A program made the translations under genes and the position numbers. Under the pieces are notes generated by a model. The model searched no databases. It was not told the origin of the DNA and saw only the letters and a list, made by a program, of their open reading frames with translations. Below are positions 19,106 through 28,465 of a DNA stretch of 32,000 bases, in pieces (position 1 is the stretch's first letter; each line of letters opens with the position of its first letter). Origin of the DNA: Trichodesmium erythraeum IMS101 (GTDB taxonomy: Bacteria; Cyanobacteriota; Cyanobacteriia; Cyanobacteriales; Microcoleaceae); contig NC_008312.1 of the NCBI RefSeq assembly GCF_000014265.1, positions 3,960,001 to 3,992,000 on the forward strand, written 5' to 3'.

Positions 19106-19711
19106 CTAGCTAGTTTTTTTATTATTGAGTTTAAGGCTTAATAAAAGACGATTGCATCCTTGAGGAGCGCTATAAAATAACAAATCAACTAATAACTTTA
19201 AAGCTAATGTTTCTGATTTATATGGTGTCGTACTGCCACGATCCCAATAATAATTTTGATAGACTTCTTTAAAGTCATAAAGATATTCCCTTAACAAAGT
19301 AACTGATTGAAGTTTACTATTTTGACTATCAATTTGTTCCATTAATGACACTGCACGACGAATTAAACCTTGGTTTTGTTTTGCTAGGTGACAGATAATT
19401 AATACAAAACTTTGAGCTTCTTCTACTTTCAGAGGTTGATTTTGAAGTACTACTGATTTTAATCCCTTCTCTGTTTCTACTACTAAAGAGAGCTGATCGG
19501 CAATTTTGGTCGATATATTTAATTGACTTGCTACTCGAACTATGGACTCAGAATTAATACCTATTAAAACCTTGAGAGCTAATAGTGTAATGTCCAATTT
19601 TGTTCTAATCTTATCTAATGGAACTGTTTGGGCCAGTGGAGGCTGGATATAATCTTGTCTCTGAGGAAGCACGAAAGATTTCGCATCACTGGGACTTGCA
19701 GATATCACCAT
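19106..19711 (-). CDS. DUF3038 domain protein
   Basis: 201 aa. LDITLLALKVL..., EEAQSFVLIICHLAKQNQGLIRRAVSLMEQ and LALKLLVDLLFYSAPQG match my recollection of the DUF3038 family, which is cyanobacteria-specific. Confidence 0.65.
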   Translation of the reverse strand: MVISASPSDAKSFVLPQRQDYIQPPLAQTVPLDKIRTKLDITLLALKVLIGINSESIVRVASQLNISTKIADQLSLVVETEKGLKSVVLQNQPLKVEEAQSFVLIICHLAKQNQGLIRRAVSLMEQIDSQNSKLQSVTLLREYLYDFKEVYQNYYWDRGSTTPYKSETLALKLLVDLLFYSAPQGCNRLLLSLKLNNKKTS

Positions 19712-20030
19712 ATTATACCTCTGGAAATTTTAAACTCAGCAAATCTATTGTAGTCTTAGTCAAGCAAATTGTGTCTAATATGAAAAAAATTTTTTGTATG
19801 GATATTTTCTTGAATGTTTGTTTTTTCAAAAAATAATAGATATTAATAGTCTTTGTTAAGAAAATAAGTTAAGTTATACTCATTAATCAATTTTTGTGGC
19901 AAATAAATAATAGAAGTAAGGCAAAAAAGAAGGGGTAAGTTAAAAAAAAGGGGGAAAATGATTAACTTCTTGAGTGAAAAATGAATTCGAGCAGCTCTTT
20001 TTAAGTATCTCTAATTAAGTAAGATACATG

Positions 20031-20065
20031 ATGACTTCTGATGACTTCTGATGACTTCTGACTTC
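20031..20065. repeat. Decamer tandem repeat (ATGACTTCTG) x3.5
   Basis: atgacttctg atgacttctg atgacttctg acttc lies 70 nt downstream of the beta-helix gene stop. A related tgacctctgacttttgactc lies at 19088-19107. Confidence 0.85.
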
Positions 20066-20135
20066 AGCTATAGTCCTTTGCAGGGAATTTAATTTCGCTG
20101 CTTTGCGCCTTTTGATTTTTATCTATATCTTAATC

Positions 20136-22016
20136 TTATTGCACGGGTAGAATTTGAGCATTCAACCCATTGTTCTGCAAAGTTCTTAATAATTTATTCG
20201 CTTGAAAGCGACTCTTAAAAGCTCCTGCTTGCATTATAGAATTACCATTAATTTTAGTGGAAAAAGCATCTGGTACGAGCGATCGCAGCTTATATTGCTG
20301 AGAAATATTATTCACACTTACCACTACCCGATAGCGTAGACCTAAAGCTACTGCATGATTTTGAGAATTAGACCTTAAAGATAGCCTAGAAAGAGGTAAT
20401 GGATTTTTATTTTGTGCTATACCGGGTGGTACATAACCTCCACGACCAAGAGGAATATTTGCTGTGGGAACAGGTAATACACTAGGAGCAGCAACTGGTG
20501 TCTTACTTCCATAAGTTGGGGGAGTGCTTCTTGGTGGTAAATTCGACAAGGCTTCTAATGCTCTTCTTCCTGACTCTGGTGGCGATACTGGTATTTTAAT
20601 TGTTTGTCTATTATAGTAATTAGGATTAGTTTCTAGCAGTCTTTGTAAATTTCTCTGACCATTAGGTTGTTCGTAGGAATTTGTCCTAGATGTTTTCTGA
20701 GTTTCTGGAAGTGGTACAGGGATGATAACTATTTCTCTGGTTGAATTTTGTGTTCTGGCTCGGGAAACAATATTACTAGATATGCTTTGCTCCGGTGGTT
20801 TTTCTGCTGAGGGTGAAAAATTTGATTCTTTTGTCTTTACCTGAATGTCTTGTCTTAGAGGTGCAGTTTCCATAACTACTGCCTCCTTTTTCGACTCTCT
20901 TTGTACTTGATCTACATTTGGGGTTGTTGGAGTATTTTTCACAGGAGCAACTCGTGGAGGTGGGGCAATTTTTCCCGCTATATCGATGCTACCATAATTA
21001 CGATCGCCTTCTAAAGAATTTCCATAAGCAGGAATAATTTTACCTTTAACTACAGAATAAATATTATACTGACCATTATTACGAATAGTATTACGACCAG
21101 GCTCTTGAGAATTACCTAGATCCGGTAGTGATCGAGCGGTGGCTGCTACTCCATTCTGTCTATTATTCTCTATATAATTGCCTCGCAAAATTGGCTGTGC
21201 ATTTCCTTGGATAATTATTCCATTTTGATTTTCAATTAAACGGTTTCCTATTACTTTTGGAGCAGCATTATCTGAAATTTTAATGCCCACAGCTGTGTTT
21301 TGAAACAAATTATTTCTAATTTCTGGTTGAGAATTATCAGAAATTTTTATACCATTTCTGCCGTTGTTATAGAAAGTATTTTCCTGAATCATTCCTATAT
21401 TATTACCCACTATAGAAATTCCATTCATACGATTACCAGTAAAAGTATTTTTACTAATAATAAAGTCACTAGATTCGATCCATAAACCATAACCTTGAAG
21501 ATTAGGATTTGTGACTGTTACACCATTTAACTTTGAGTTTTTAGCTGCTATGATTGTAATATTTTTTTGTTTTATAGTCGAACTATTAAAATTACCACCA
21601 CCTATAATTAAAACATTTTTACCTCTGTTGAAGAAGTTGCCTTTTATTGTGACTTTTGGCTTTAAAATTAAAGGGAAAACTTCACCTGTTTGTCTGCTAT
21701 AAGTTCCAGGAGCAAGTAAAATTGTTGTATTAGGTTGAGCAATTTTTAAAGCATAAGTAATAGTTTTCAAAGGAGTAGTTTTAGTTCCATCTCTGTAGTC
21801 TCTGCCAATTGATGAACTAACATAAAGCACTTTCATCTCAGAATTAGCTTGATTTTCTGGGACTTGGGCTACTTCTTTTATGGGTGGTACTGCCAAACTT
21901 GTAGACGCAAATAACCCTAGTAATACTGTAGCTAAAAGGATTGATAAATAACTGGTTTTATGTAATAAATTTGTGTGATTATTTTCTGATGAAGAAATTA
22001 TAAATATTGGATTCAC
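20136..22016 (-). CDS. Secreted/anchored right-handed beta-helix protein (DUF1565, pectin-lyase fold) with SPOR-like C-terminal domain
   Basis: 626 aa with an N-terminal hydrophobic signal/anchor. LYVSSSIGRDYRDGTKTTPLKTITYALKIAQPNTTILLAPGTY is DUF1565-like. Repeated NxGI/GI..xxN beta-helix turns follow, then a Pro-rich linker. The C-terminal ~75 aa (LRYRVVV...QAGAFKSRFQANKLLRTLQNNGLNAQI) resemble SPOR. Confidence 0.65.
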   Translation of the reverse strand: MNPIFIISSSENNHTNLLHKTSYLSILLATVLLGLFASTSLAVPPIKEVAQVPENQANSEMKVLYVSSSIGRDYRDGTKTTPLKTITYALKIAQPNTTILLAPGTYSRQTGEVFPLILKPKVTIKGNFFNRGKNVLIIGGGNFNSSTIKQKNITIIAAKNSKLNGVTVTNPNLQGYGLWIESSDFIISKNTFTGNRMNGISIVGNNIGMIQENTFYNNGRNGIKISDNSQPEIRNNLFQNTAVGIKISDNAAPKVIGNRLIENQNGIIIQGNAQPILRGNYIENNRQNGVAATARSLPDLGNSQEPGRNTIRNNGQYNIYSVVKGKIIPAYGNSLEGDRNYGSIDIAGKIAPPPRVAPVKNTPTTPNVDQVQRESKKEAVVMETAPLRQDIQVKTKESNFSPSAEKPPEQSISSNIVSRARTQNSTREIVIIPVPLPETQKTSRTNSYEQPNGQRNLQRLLETNPNYYNRQTIKIPVSPPESGRRALEALSNLPPRSTPPTYGSKTPVAAPSVLPVPTANIPLGRGGYVPPGIAQNKNPLPLSRLSLRSNSQNHAVALGLRYRVVVSVNNISQQYKLRSLVPDAFSTKINGNSIMQAGAFKSRFQANKLLRTLQNNGLNAQILPVQ

Positions 22017-22913
22017 AGCTTTTCTCCTGGGAAACTATGACAGAAAATTAGTTATATTTTATAATGGGATGTTTTGAACAAAGATTTTGATTTTTTTTCA
22101 AAATGATTTAATTGTTAAAGATTATGGGTAAGTTTTAAATAATCTTCAAAGAAATATATAGCAATCAGGAATAATTTATGAAATTTTTAATAACAATTAA
22201 GAAGAATCAAAATTATTCAATATTCTGAGTTTTAATTTTTAATTACTACTAAAACCTTACAATTGACATAAGATGCAATAGTTATAGTTAAAGTAGACTT
22301 GCCCCTGAAACCCAGAGCTGTTCTATTTTCTTAAAAGTACAGATGGGGGAGATGGGTGAGATGGTGGCTTTAGGAGAAAATAGGTGAAAAAATAAGGTTT
22401 TGACTATTATCAGTAATCTTTTTACCTTAAATGAACTGTTTTCTTGAGACATCATCGCGATCGCTAATATTTGTTTATTCTTGTTATCTGGGAATTACAG
22501 CAGACACTGGGCAAATTATGCTCCCCTGCATTTGGTAAAAACTATGTATTAGGGACATCTTGTCTCTGTGGGCGGAGTTCATAAATCTGAAATATGCTGA
22601 TATAAATGATTAATAAATGCAAAAATTTCTAGCCTGAGATTTAGGATTTTTTCTAAATATGGCCTGACAGTTTTTCCTTTTGTCCTGTGGGAATAAACAT
22701 TGAGTTCTACAATAATAGAAAAATTATATAAATGATAGTGAATTTCTATATAATAGTAAATTTTTATATTTTAGCCGGGATTATATTACAAAAAAATATA
22801 TATTAATGGCATAATAGCAAAGTTTGTTTTGGTCTGCCCTCCAGATATTTGAGAGAGCAAATTTATAATTGTTTTGACACAGTAAGATTAAAATTTATAG
22901 GATAACTTTTATT

Positions 22914-23996
22914 ATGGGCGATCAATATAATTTGGAAAAAAATGTGCAACCTGCTATTCGCCGAATTCTAGATGCAAATTTAGATAGGGCTCGGGAAGGA
23001 CTAAGAATTATTGAAGAATGGTGTCGCTTTGGGCTTAATAGTATAGATTTGGCCCATGAGTGTAAAAAATTACGTCAAGAGATAGGTGGTTGGCATGCTA
23101 CAGAACTGAGAATGTCCCGCAACACCCCTAATGACCCAGGCACACAGTTGACTCATCCACAAGAAGAACACCGCTCAGATATTGAACAACTACTACAAGT
23201 TAACTTTTGTCGTTTAGAAGAAGCACTCAGAGTCTTAGAAGAATATGGAAAAATTTATAATTCTCAGATGGCTTTGGCTTGTAAACAAATACGTTACCGA
23301 GTTTACACTATCGAAAGTGGTATTCTCGCCTATAAAAGAAATCAACAACTGCAAGACTCCTACTTATACCTTGTTACTTCTCCTGAAGAAAAGTTAGTTG
23401 ATATAGTAGAGGCTGCTCTTCAAGGGGGGTTAACTCTTGTCCAATATCGAAATAAGACGGCAGATGACATAACAAGATTGACAGAAGCCAAAAAACTTTG
23501 TGAGGTTTGTCGCCGTTATGGGGCTCTATTTATTGTTAATGACCGGGTAGACTTAGCGATCGCTGTTGATGCAGATGGGGTTCATCTTGGACAAAATGAT
23601 ATACCTCTTAACATTGCTAGGCAACTGCTTGGTCCCCAGAAACTTGTAGGTCGTTCTACTACAAACCAGGAAGAAATGGAGCGGGCAATTCAGGAAGAAG
23701 CAGATTATATTGGAGTCGGGCCAATATATGAAACTCCTACTAAAGTAGGTAAAAAAGCAGTTGGTCTAGAATATATCAGTTATGTTGTTAAGAATTGCCC
23801 TATTCCTTGGTTTGCTATTGGTGGAATTGATATGCAAAACTGTGATGAAGTTCTATCTGCTGGTGCTCTTCGTGTATCTGTAGTTAGGGCAATTATGCAG
23901 TCAGAGCAACCTACTTTGGTAACTCAATATTTTCTGTCTCAATTAAGTCGTTATCAAACATTACGTTCTCATAGTATATTGCCAGAAAAAGTTTAG
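22914..23996 (+). CDS. thiE: Thiamine-phosphate synthase with the cyanobacterial N-terminal extension domain
   Basis: 360 aa. The C-terminal TMP-TENI domain carries LYLVTS, VQYRNK, FIVNDRVDLA, DGVHLGQ, YIGVGPIY.T.TK and AIGGI. The N-terminal ~140 aa (ILDANLDRAREGLRIIEEWCRF) is typical of cyanobacterial ThiE. Confidence 0.9.
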   Translation: MGDQYNLEKNVQPAIRRILDANLDRAREGLRIIEEWCRFGLNSIDLAHECKKLRQEIGGWHATELRMSRNTPNDPGTQLTHPQEEHRSDIEQLLQVNFCRLEEALRVLEEYGKIYNSQMALACKQIRYRVYTIESGILAYKRNQQLQDSYLYLVTSPEEKLVDIVEAALQGGLTLVQYRNKTADDITRLTEAKKLCEVCRRYGALFIVNDRVDLAIAVDADGVHLGQNDIPLNIARQLLGPQKLVGRSTTNQEEMERAIQEEADYIGVGPIYETPTKVGKKAVGLEYISYVVKNCPIPWFAIGGIDMQNCDEVLSAGALRVSVVRAIMQSEQPTLVTQYFLSQLSRYQTLRSHSILPEKV

Positions 23997-24007
23997 GTTA
24001 GATCAGA

Positions 24008-24250
24008 ATGTCAAATAAAATTACTCTTATAGTTAATGGAGAAACTCGTACTTGTTTACCTCGGACAGTCCTACCAAATTTTTTAGATGAGTTAGGATTC
24101 AACTCCCGTTTAGTGGCTGTAGAATATAATGGTGAAATTCTACATAAACAATTTTGGGATAAAACTGAGATGCAACCGGGGGATAAGTTGGAAATAGTTA
24201 CTATTGTTGGAGGTGGCGTTGAAGTCAGTAATGATAGTCATTTGAGTTGA
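24008..24250 (+). CDS. thiS: Sulfur-carrier protein ThiS with a 10-residue extension after the Gly-Gly terminus
   Basis: 80 aa. ...VAVEYNGEILHKQFWDKTEMQPGDKLEIVTIVGGG is followed by VEVSNDSHLS. The gene starts 12 nt after thiE. Confidence 0.8.
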   Translation: MSNKITLIVNGETRTCLPRTVLPNFLDELGFNSRLVAVEYNGEILHKQFWDKTEMQPGDKLEIVTIVGGGVEVSNDSHLS

Positions 24251-24974
24251 GATGGAGACATTTCTTTTTTGCTAGAACTAAGTTTCAGCAGAAAAAGAAA
24301 GGGTGTTCTATTTTTCTTTGAAATGACTATAAAAGTCAGGAGTAGGGTGCTGTTAGTGATGGCGTAACGCACCCAAACCCAGATTATTAAAAAGGATGTT
24401 TCTCAACTGTTTTATATTGATATGCTCCCGATGTTGGGCTTAGGGGAGAAGGGGGTGTTATTCTGCCAAGGAGCCCCGACCGCAGTTTTGAGGTGAGGTG
24501 ATATCCTCCCCCTGTGTTGATAATAATCTAATTATAACGCCGTTTGCGATAACTTTTGTATTGAGCCAAAAGGTTTTTTTTATTATTAAGTTTGAGTTTG
24601 GTTAGGGATGGATGTTATCTATGACTGAGTGCAGTTTACCTAATGTTACTCTTATTTATATGTTAAGTCTTTATTCTTTGGTTAAGTCAATAGCTCTCTC
24701 CAAAAATACTAATTTGATCACTGTAGAAAAACGATTTGAGAACTTGTTCTGGAGAATTCTAATGCTCTCTTACAGCATATTTCAGGTTAATGAGGTACCT
24801 CTAAGCAGGCAAGGTGCGCGCACTACTGATTTTTATCTAAATACAGCTCGACATCATTTTCCTGAAATTAGCTGTCATTGAGATGCATATTATCTATTCA
24901 ACACAAATATTGGTAAAAAATTCGACCCACCAGAGGCAAGGCTCAATAGGGCAAAAGGGAAAAAAGGCAAAGGG

Positions 24975-27053
24975 CTATTGAAGAGTCTTGGGGGGAACGA
25001 TCACAACACGAAAACCAATAGAGTAGGAACTCTGGTATGATATATAGCTGCTGCGTGCCGCAGAGCGACATGAACTAGGAGCGGCCTGGCAGTATCCGCC
25101 ACGAATAACTTTTCTGTCTTTGTCTCCATCAAAATTATCATTACACCATTCGTTTACATTCCCGTGCATGTCATATAAGCCAAAAGCATTAGGAGGAAAA
25201 ATTCCTACATCTGTTGTCCGTTCTCGATATGCTCCTTGTGGTTCATTAGCATGAGTTTCCCTCCCGTTAAAGTTAGCTAACTCGGACGTTATGGTTTCTC
25301 CAAAATAAAAAGGTGTTGTTGTTCCTGCACGACAAGCATATTCCCATTCTTCTTTTGTTGGTAGCCTAAATTGCTCCCCTGTCTTCTTGCTCAGTCTTCG
25401 GCAAAACTCTTGTGCTTCAGACCAAGTTACTTTCTCTACTGGTAGTTTTTTTCCTTTCCAGTTTGAAGGAGATCCATCCAATTCTGTTCCAATTTTTTCA
25501 AGGTTGGCCACTGCGTCCCATTGTTCTTGGGTAATTTGATATTGGCTCATCCAAAATTCTTCTACTTTGACTAATTTTTGCCCGTATCCTTCTCCCATCA
25601 TATATTCACCTTTTGGGATGGGCACTAAAGAGAGTTTTATTGATCCAGCAATTACAATTTCTCTGACAAATACACTAAATTGATTTCTGGCTATTTCTTT
25701 TCCTTGAGCATTTACTGTTACCGTTTCTAGTTGTTGAATTGGTAGTAGTTTTTCCGGTTTTTTGCTTATATTAATCATTAAATTTATATTGTACCACCAT
25801 AATTCTTCTAGGCTAAGGAATAATCCTTGTAATGGTATTATGGTTTGAATTGGGTTGCTAGAAATGTTAAGCTTTTTGAGACTTTTCATAACTGTAAATG
25901 GTCTCAAATCTGTGATTTTGTTATTTTTCAAATCAAGCTCTATGAGTTTATTAAACTGTCGCCAATAGCTCTTGATATTACCTATTTGATTATTTCTCAA
26001 AATTAAGTTTTTTAAGTTACTAAGTTTTTTTAAACAATCAATACTTTGAATTTTATTATTAGCCACTGACAAGTATTCTAAAGCTGTCAATTGGCTAAGA
26101 GGTTGTAAATCAGTTATTTGATTATCGTCTAGTATCAATTTATTAAGATGCTGCAAATTCGCTTGTTTGACAAATTTTAAATCTGATAAATTATTATCAA
26201 TTAAGGTAATTTCTCTTAACTCTTTAAACTGAGACAATAAAGTTAAAGGCTGATAGCTACAAATATAATTAAACACCTCTTTTCCAATAATTGTTAAATG
26301 TTGGAGCTTTTTATAATTATTAATAAATTCAAGTTTTGTAATACTATTTCTGCCAACAATTAAAGTAGTAATATTAGGAAATTGTTCAACCCCTTGTAAG
26401 TCTTCATTAGTCAGAGTACTGTTACTTAAATCTAAAATTTTTAAATCCAAAGCTCTTTTTTTATCTATATAATCTATGTCAACATAACTCCAATTGTTTT
26501 GAGCATAAATTAACTCTTCTAACTTCAGAGTTAAGAAGTCGATAGGTTCTTCTAAATCTAAAACCTCTAATGATTCATTAATTGACTCTAACTTTCGCCA
26601 TTCTAAGTTATCCTCTATTATATTATTATCCTCAGCAGTTGAAGTTAGGTAATATTGTGCTAATTCCTGCTCAACTTCTGGATGATAAATTTGTGCTTTA
26701 TTTTCTAAGCTAGTATAGTGAATCTTAAACACTTCTTGAATTTGGCTGTTACCTTTTTCGTTTTTGATATCTATAGCTATTACTTCCTTTTCTCCATTAT
26801 TTTTATCCCTCAATACATCTCTTTGGAAGACATTAACCTTAATTATTAAAACCAACTTTGAACCAATTTTTTGCTTCTTAACTATGACTTGATTATCTTC
26901 ATTAATCTGCAACTTTTTGAGCTCAGGATAAGCCAGGACAACTTCGGCAATTTCTCCTCTTTGGGAGCAATATTGGGGATTAAAAGGATACAATTCTAGC
27001 TGATAAAGATTATCTGATGAATTTTCATTACTCGATTTACTCAGTTCTAGCAA
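24975..27053 (-). CDS. Multidomain protein: unknown N-terminal region + leucine-rich repeats + C-terminal FGE-sulfatase (SUMF1/C-type-lectin fold) domain
   Basis: 692 aa. About nine internalin-like 22-residue LRRs (L..L..L.L..N.I.DL.PL) span roughly residues 205-410. The C-terminal ~210 aa carry FGE-sulfatase hallmarks (VTWSEAQEFCRRLS, RLPTKEEWEYACRAG, GLYDMHGNVNEWC, RGG...RSA.R...IGFRVV). There is no ATG; the first usable start is TTG at 27053, and the frame is open for 24 more codons upstream. Confidence 0.8.
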   Translation of the reverse strand: MLELSKSSNENSSDNLYQLELYPFNPQYCSQRGEIAEVVLAYPELKKLQINEDNQVIVKKQKIGSKLVLIIKVNVFQRDVLRDKNNGEKEVIAIDIKNEKGNSQIQEVFKIHYTSLENKAQIYHPEVEQELAQYYLTSTAEDNNIIEDNLEWRKLESINESLEVLDLEEPIDFLTLKLEELIYAQNNWSYVDIDYIDKKRALDLKILDLSNSTLTNEDLQGVEQFPNITTLIVGRNSITKLEFINNYKKLQHLTIIGKEVFNYICSYQPLTLLSQFKELREITLIDNNLSDLKFVKQANLQHLNKLILDDNQITDLQPLSQLTALEYLSVANNKIQSIDCLKKLSNLKNLILRNNQIGNIKSYWRQFNKLIELDLKNNKITDLRPFTVMKSLKKLNISSNPIQTIIPLQGLFLSLEELWWYNINLMINISKKPEKLLPIQQLETVTVNAQGKEIARNQFSVFVREIVIAGSIKLSLVPIPKGEYMMGEGYGQKLVKVEEFWMSQYQITQEQWDAVANLEKIGTELDGSPSNWKGKKLPVEKVTWSEAQEFCRRLSKKTGEQFRLPTKEEWEYACRAGTTTPFYFGETITSELANFNGRETHANEPQGAYRERTTDVGIFPPNAFGLYDMHGNVNEWCNDNFDGDKDRKVIRGGYCQAAPSSCRSAARSSYISYQSSYSIGFRVVIVPPKTLQ

Positions 27054-27169
27054 TAATAAATGCTCAGTTTCTTGTGACTCAAACTTACTTGGCTTATTCC
27101 AGATTTGTCTTTGAATTGTTAATATTTACTTAAGATTATTTCCAGTAAAAAAGCAATTATTTTTAAAAT

Positions 27170-27197
27170 ACTATAGTAACATTAAATAAGTTGTCAA
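27170..27197 (-). promoter_or_regulatory. Near-consensus sigma70-type promoter for the LRR-FGE gene
   Basis: The minus strand reads TTGACA, a 16-nt spacer, then TATAGT, about 115 nt upstream of the TTG start. Confidence 0.4.
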
Positions 27198-27411
27198 CCA
27201 AACAGTAAACTGAAGATTTGAACGACTAAAATTTCCTGAATCATATCTCATAATTATAAAATTAAGCTATTTAGATATCATGCTCCAAATGCTCTCACCG
27301 TTGAAGAGTTTCTTAATAGTTATTTTCAAGATAATAATTTTGAAATTATCCTTTATTATAATCAACTAGAAGGCTACAGATTTGAGGGTAAAAAAAATGG
27401 TCTGACAAGCT

Positions 27412-28236
27412 ATGAGAAGTTTTATCAAATTGTCAACTAAACCTAAAAGAATTTTCTTTTTTGTCCGACCTACAGGAATGGGAAAAACAGAGGTAGCCAA
27501 AGCCCTGACAGAGTTAGTTTTTGGTGATGAAAAAGCCTTCGCACGTTTCGATATGAGCGAATACAAAGAACAACATGCCGCAGAGAAACTAACTGGTTCG
27601 CCACCTGGTTTTGTTGGTTATGGTGAAGGAGGAAAACTCACTAACAGAGTCTTAGAAAATCCTTATTCTATTTTACTTTTTGATGAAATTGAAAAGTCTC
27701 ATTCCACAGTTCTTGATAAGTTTTTGCAGATTTTAGAGGATGGTCGATTAACAGATGGTCAGGGTAAGACTGCTTATTTTAATCAGTCAATTATTATATT
27801 TACTAGTAATATTGGAGCTTCTAAGTTATTGCAAGAAAAAGCTAATTTACAAACTAAAGACTATACCGAAATTGAAAGTTTTTTTAAATATAAAGTCAGA
27901 GATTTTTTTCTAGAAAACAGCCGAGCATAAATTTTTAATCGCCTAGGAGAGAATATAGTTGTCTTTGATATTCTAAGGCTTGATCATATTGTCGTAATTT
28001 GTCATAAGTTTCTGAATTACTTTGATAAAGCTGCTTTTAATAAATATCAAATTAAATTGAAATTTAATAGGAATATTGATGACTTTTTAATAAAAGAAAT
28101 GCAATCCTATGAAATTTTTTTTATGGGAGGAAGAAAAGTTAAAAATCTTTTAGAAATATATGTTAAACGTCCCTTTAATTATTGGTTATTTGCAAGATTA
28201 TCTGAGATTCCAAGTTTAGAAAACAGTGAGTTATAA
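27412..28236 (+). pseudogene. ClpA/ClpB D2-like AAA+ ATPase (AAA_2 + D2-small), 5'-truncated with an internal stop
   Basis: PTGMGKTEVAKALTELVFGDEKAFARFDMSEYKEQH...SPPGFVGYGEGGKLT...ILLFDEIEKSH..VLDKFLQILEDGRLTDGQGKTAYFNQSIIIFTSNIG is co-linear with Clp D2 modules. The first Walker A Gly is Arg (RPTGMGKT). A single in-frame TAA at 27928-27930 replaces part of the RPEFLNR sensor-2 region (SRA*IFNRLGENIVVFD). The frame then stays open to 28236. The upstream part of the module is in another frame or missing. Confidence 0.7.
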
Positions 28237-28465
28237 TTGTCTATTGAACGTCAAAAATTAATTGTCAAGGTTAATAAATAAAATCAGAAATGCAGGAGAG
28301 TAATTAGGTAAGCATTCCGCTATTCAATGCTTACCTTTATTCTTTTTCTGAAAAGTTGCGCCACAATATGTATAAGAGTACAAATTACCAAGTATATGGT
28401 TGACTTTTTATGATGAATATGGTAATTAAAAAAAATCCCCAAACTCTCTATCTAAAACAACTACC

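Noticed and set aside
22017-22913. Possible TPP riboswitch upstream of thiE-thiS
   Set aside because: The conserved CUGAGA...ACCUGAUCUGGAUAAUGCCAGCG core is absent. Only an isolated ctgaga occurs, at about 22636.
24612-24881. 89-aa ORF in the thiS / LRR-FGE spacer; also a possible location of a DGR template repeat or RT remnant
   Set aside because: It has no motifs and no start signals. I compared both strands of 24251-24974 with the 25020-25103 segment and found no similarity. No RT-like (YxDD) translation appears in any frame.
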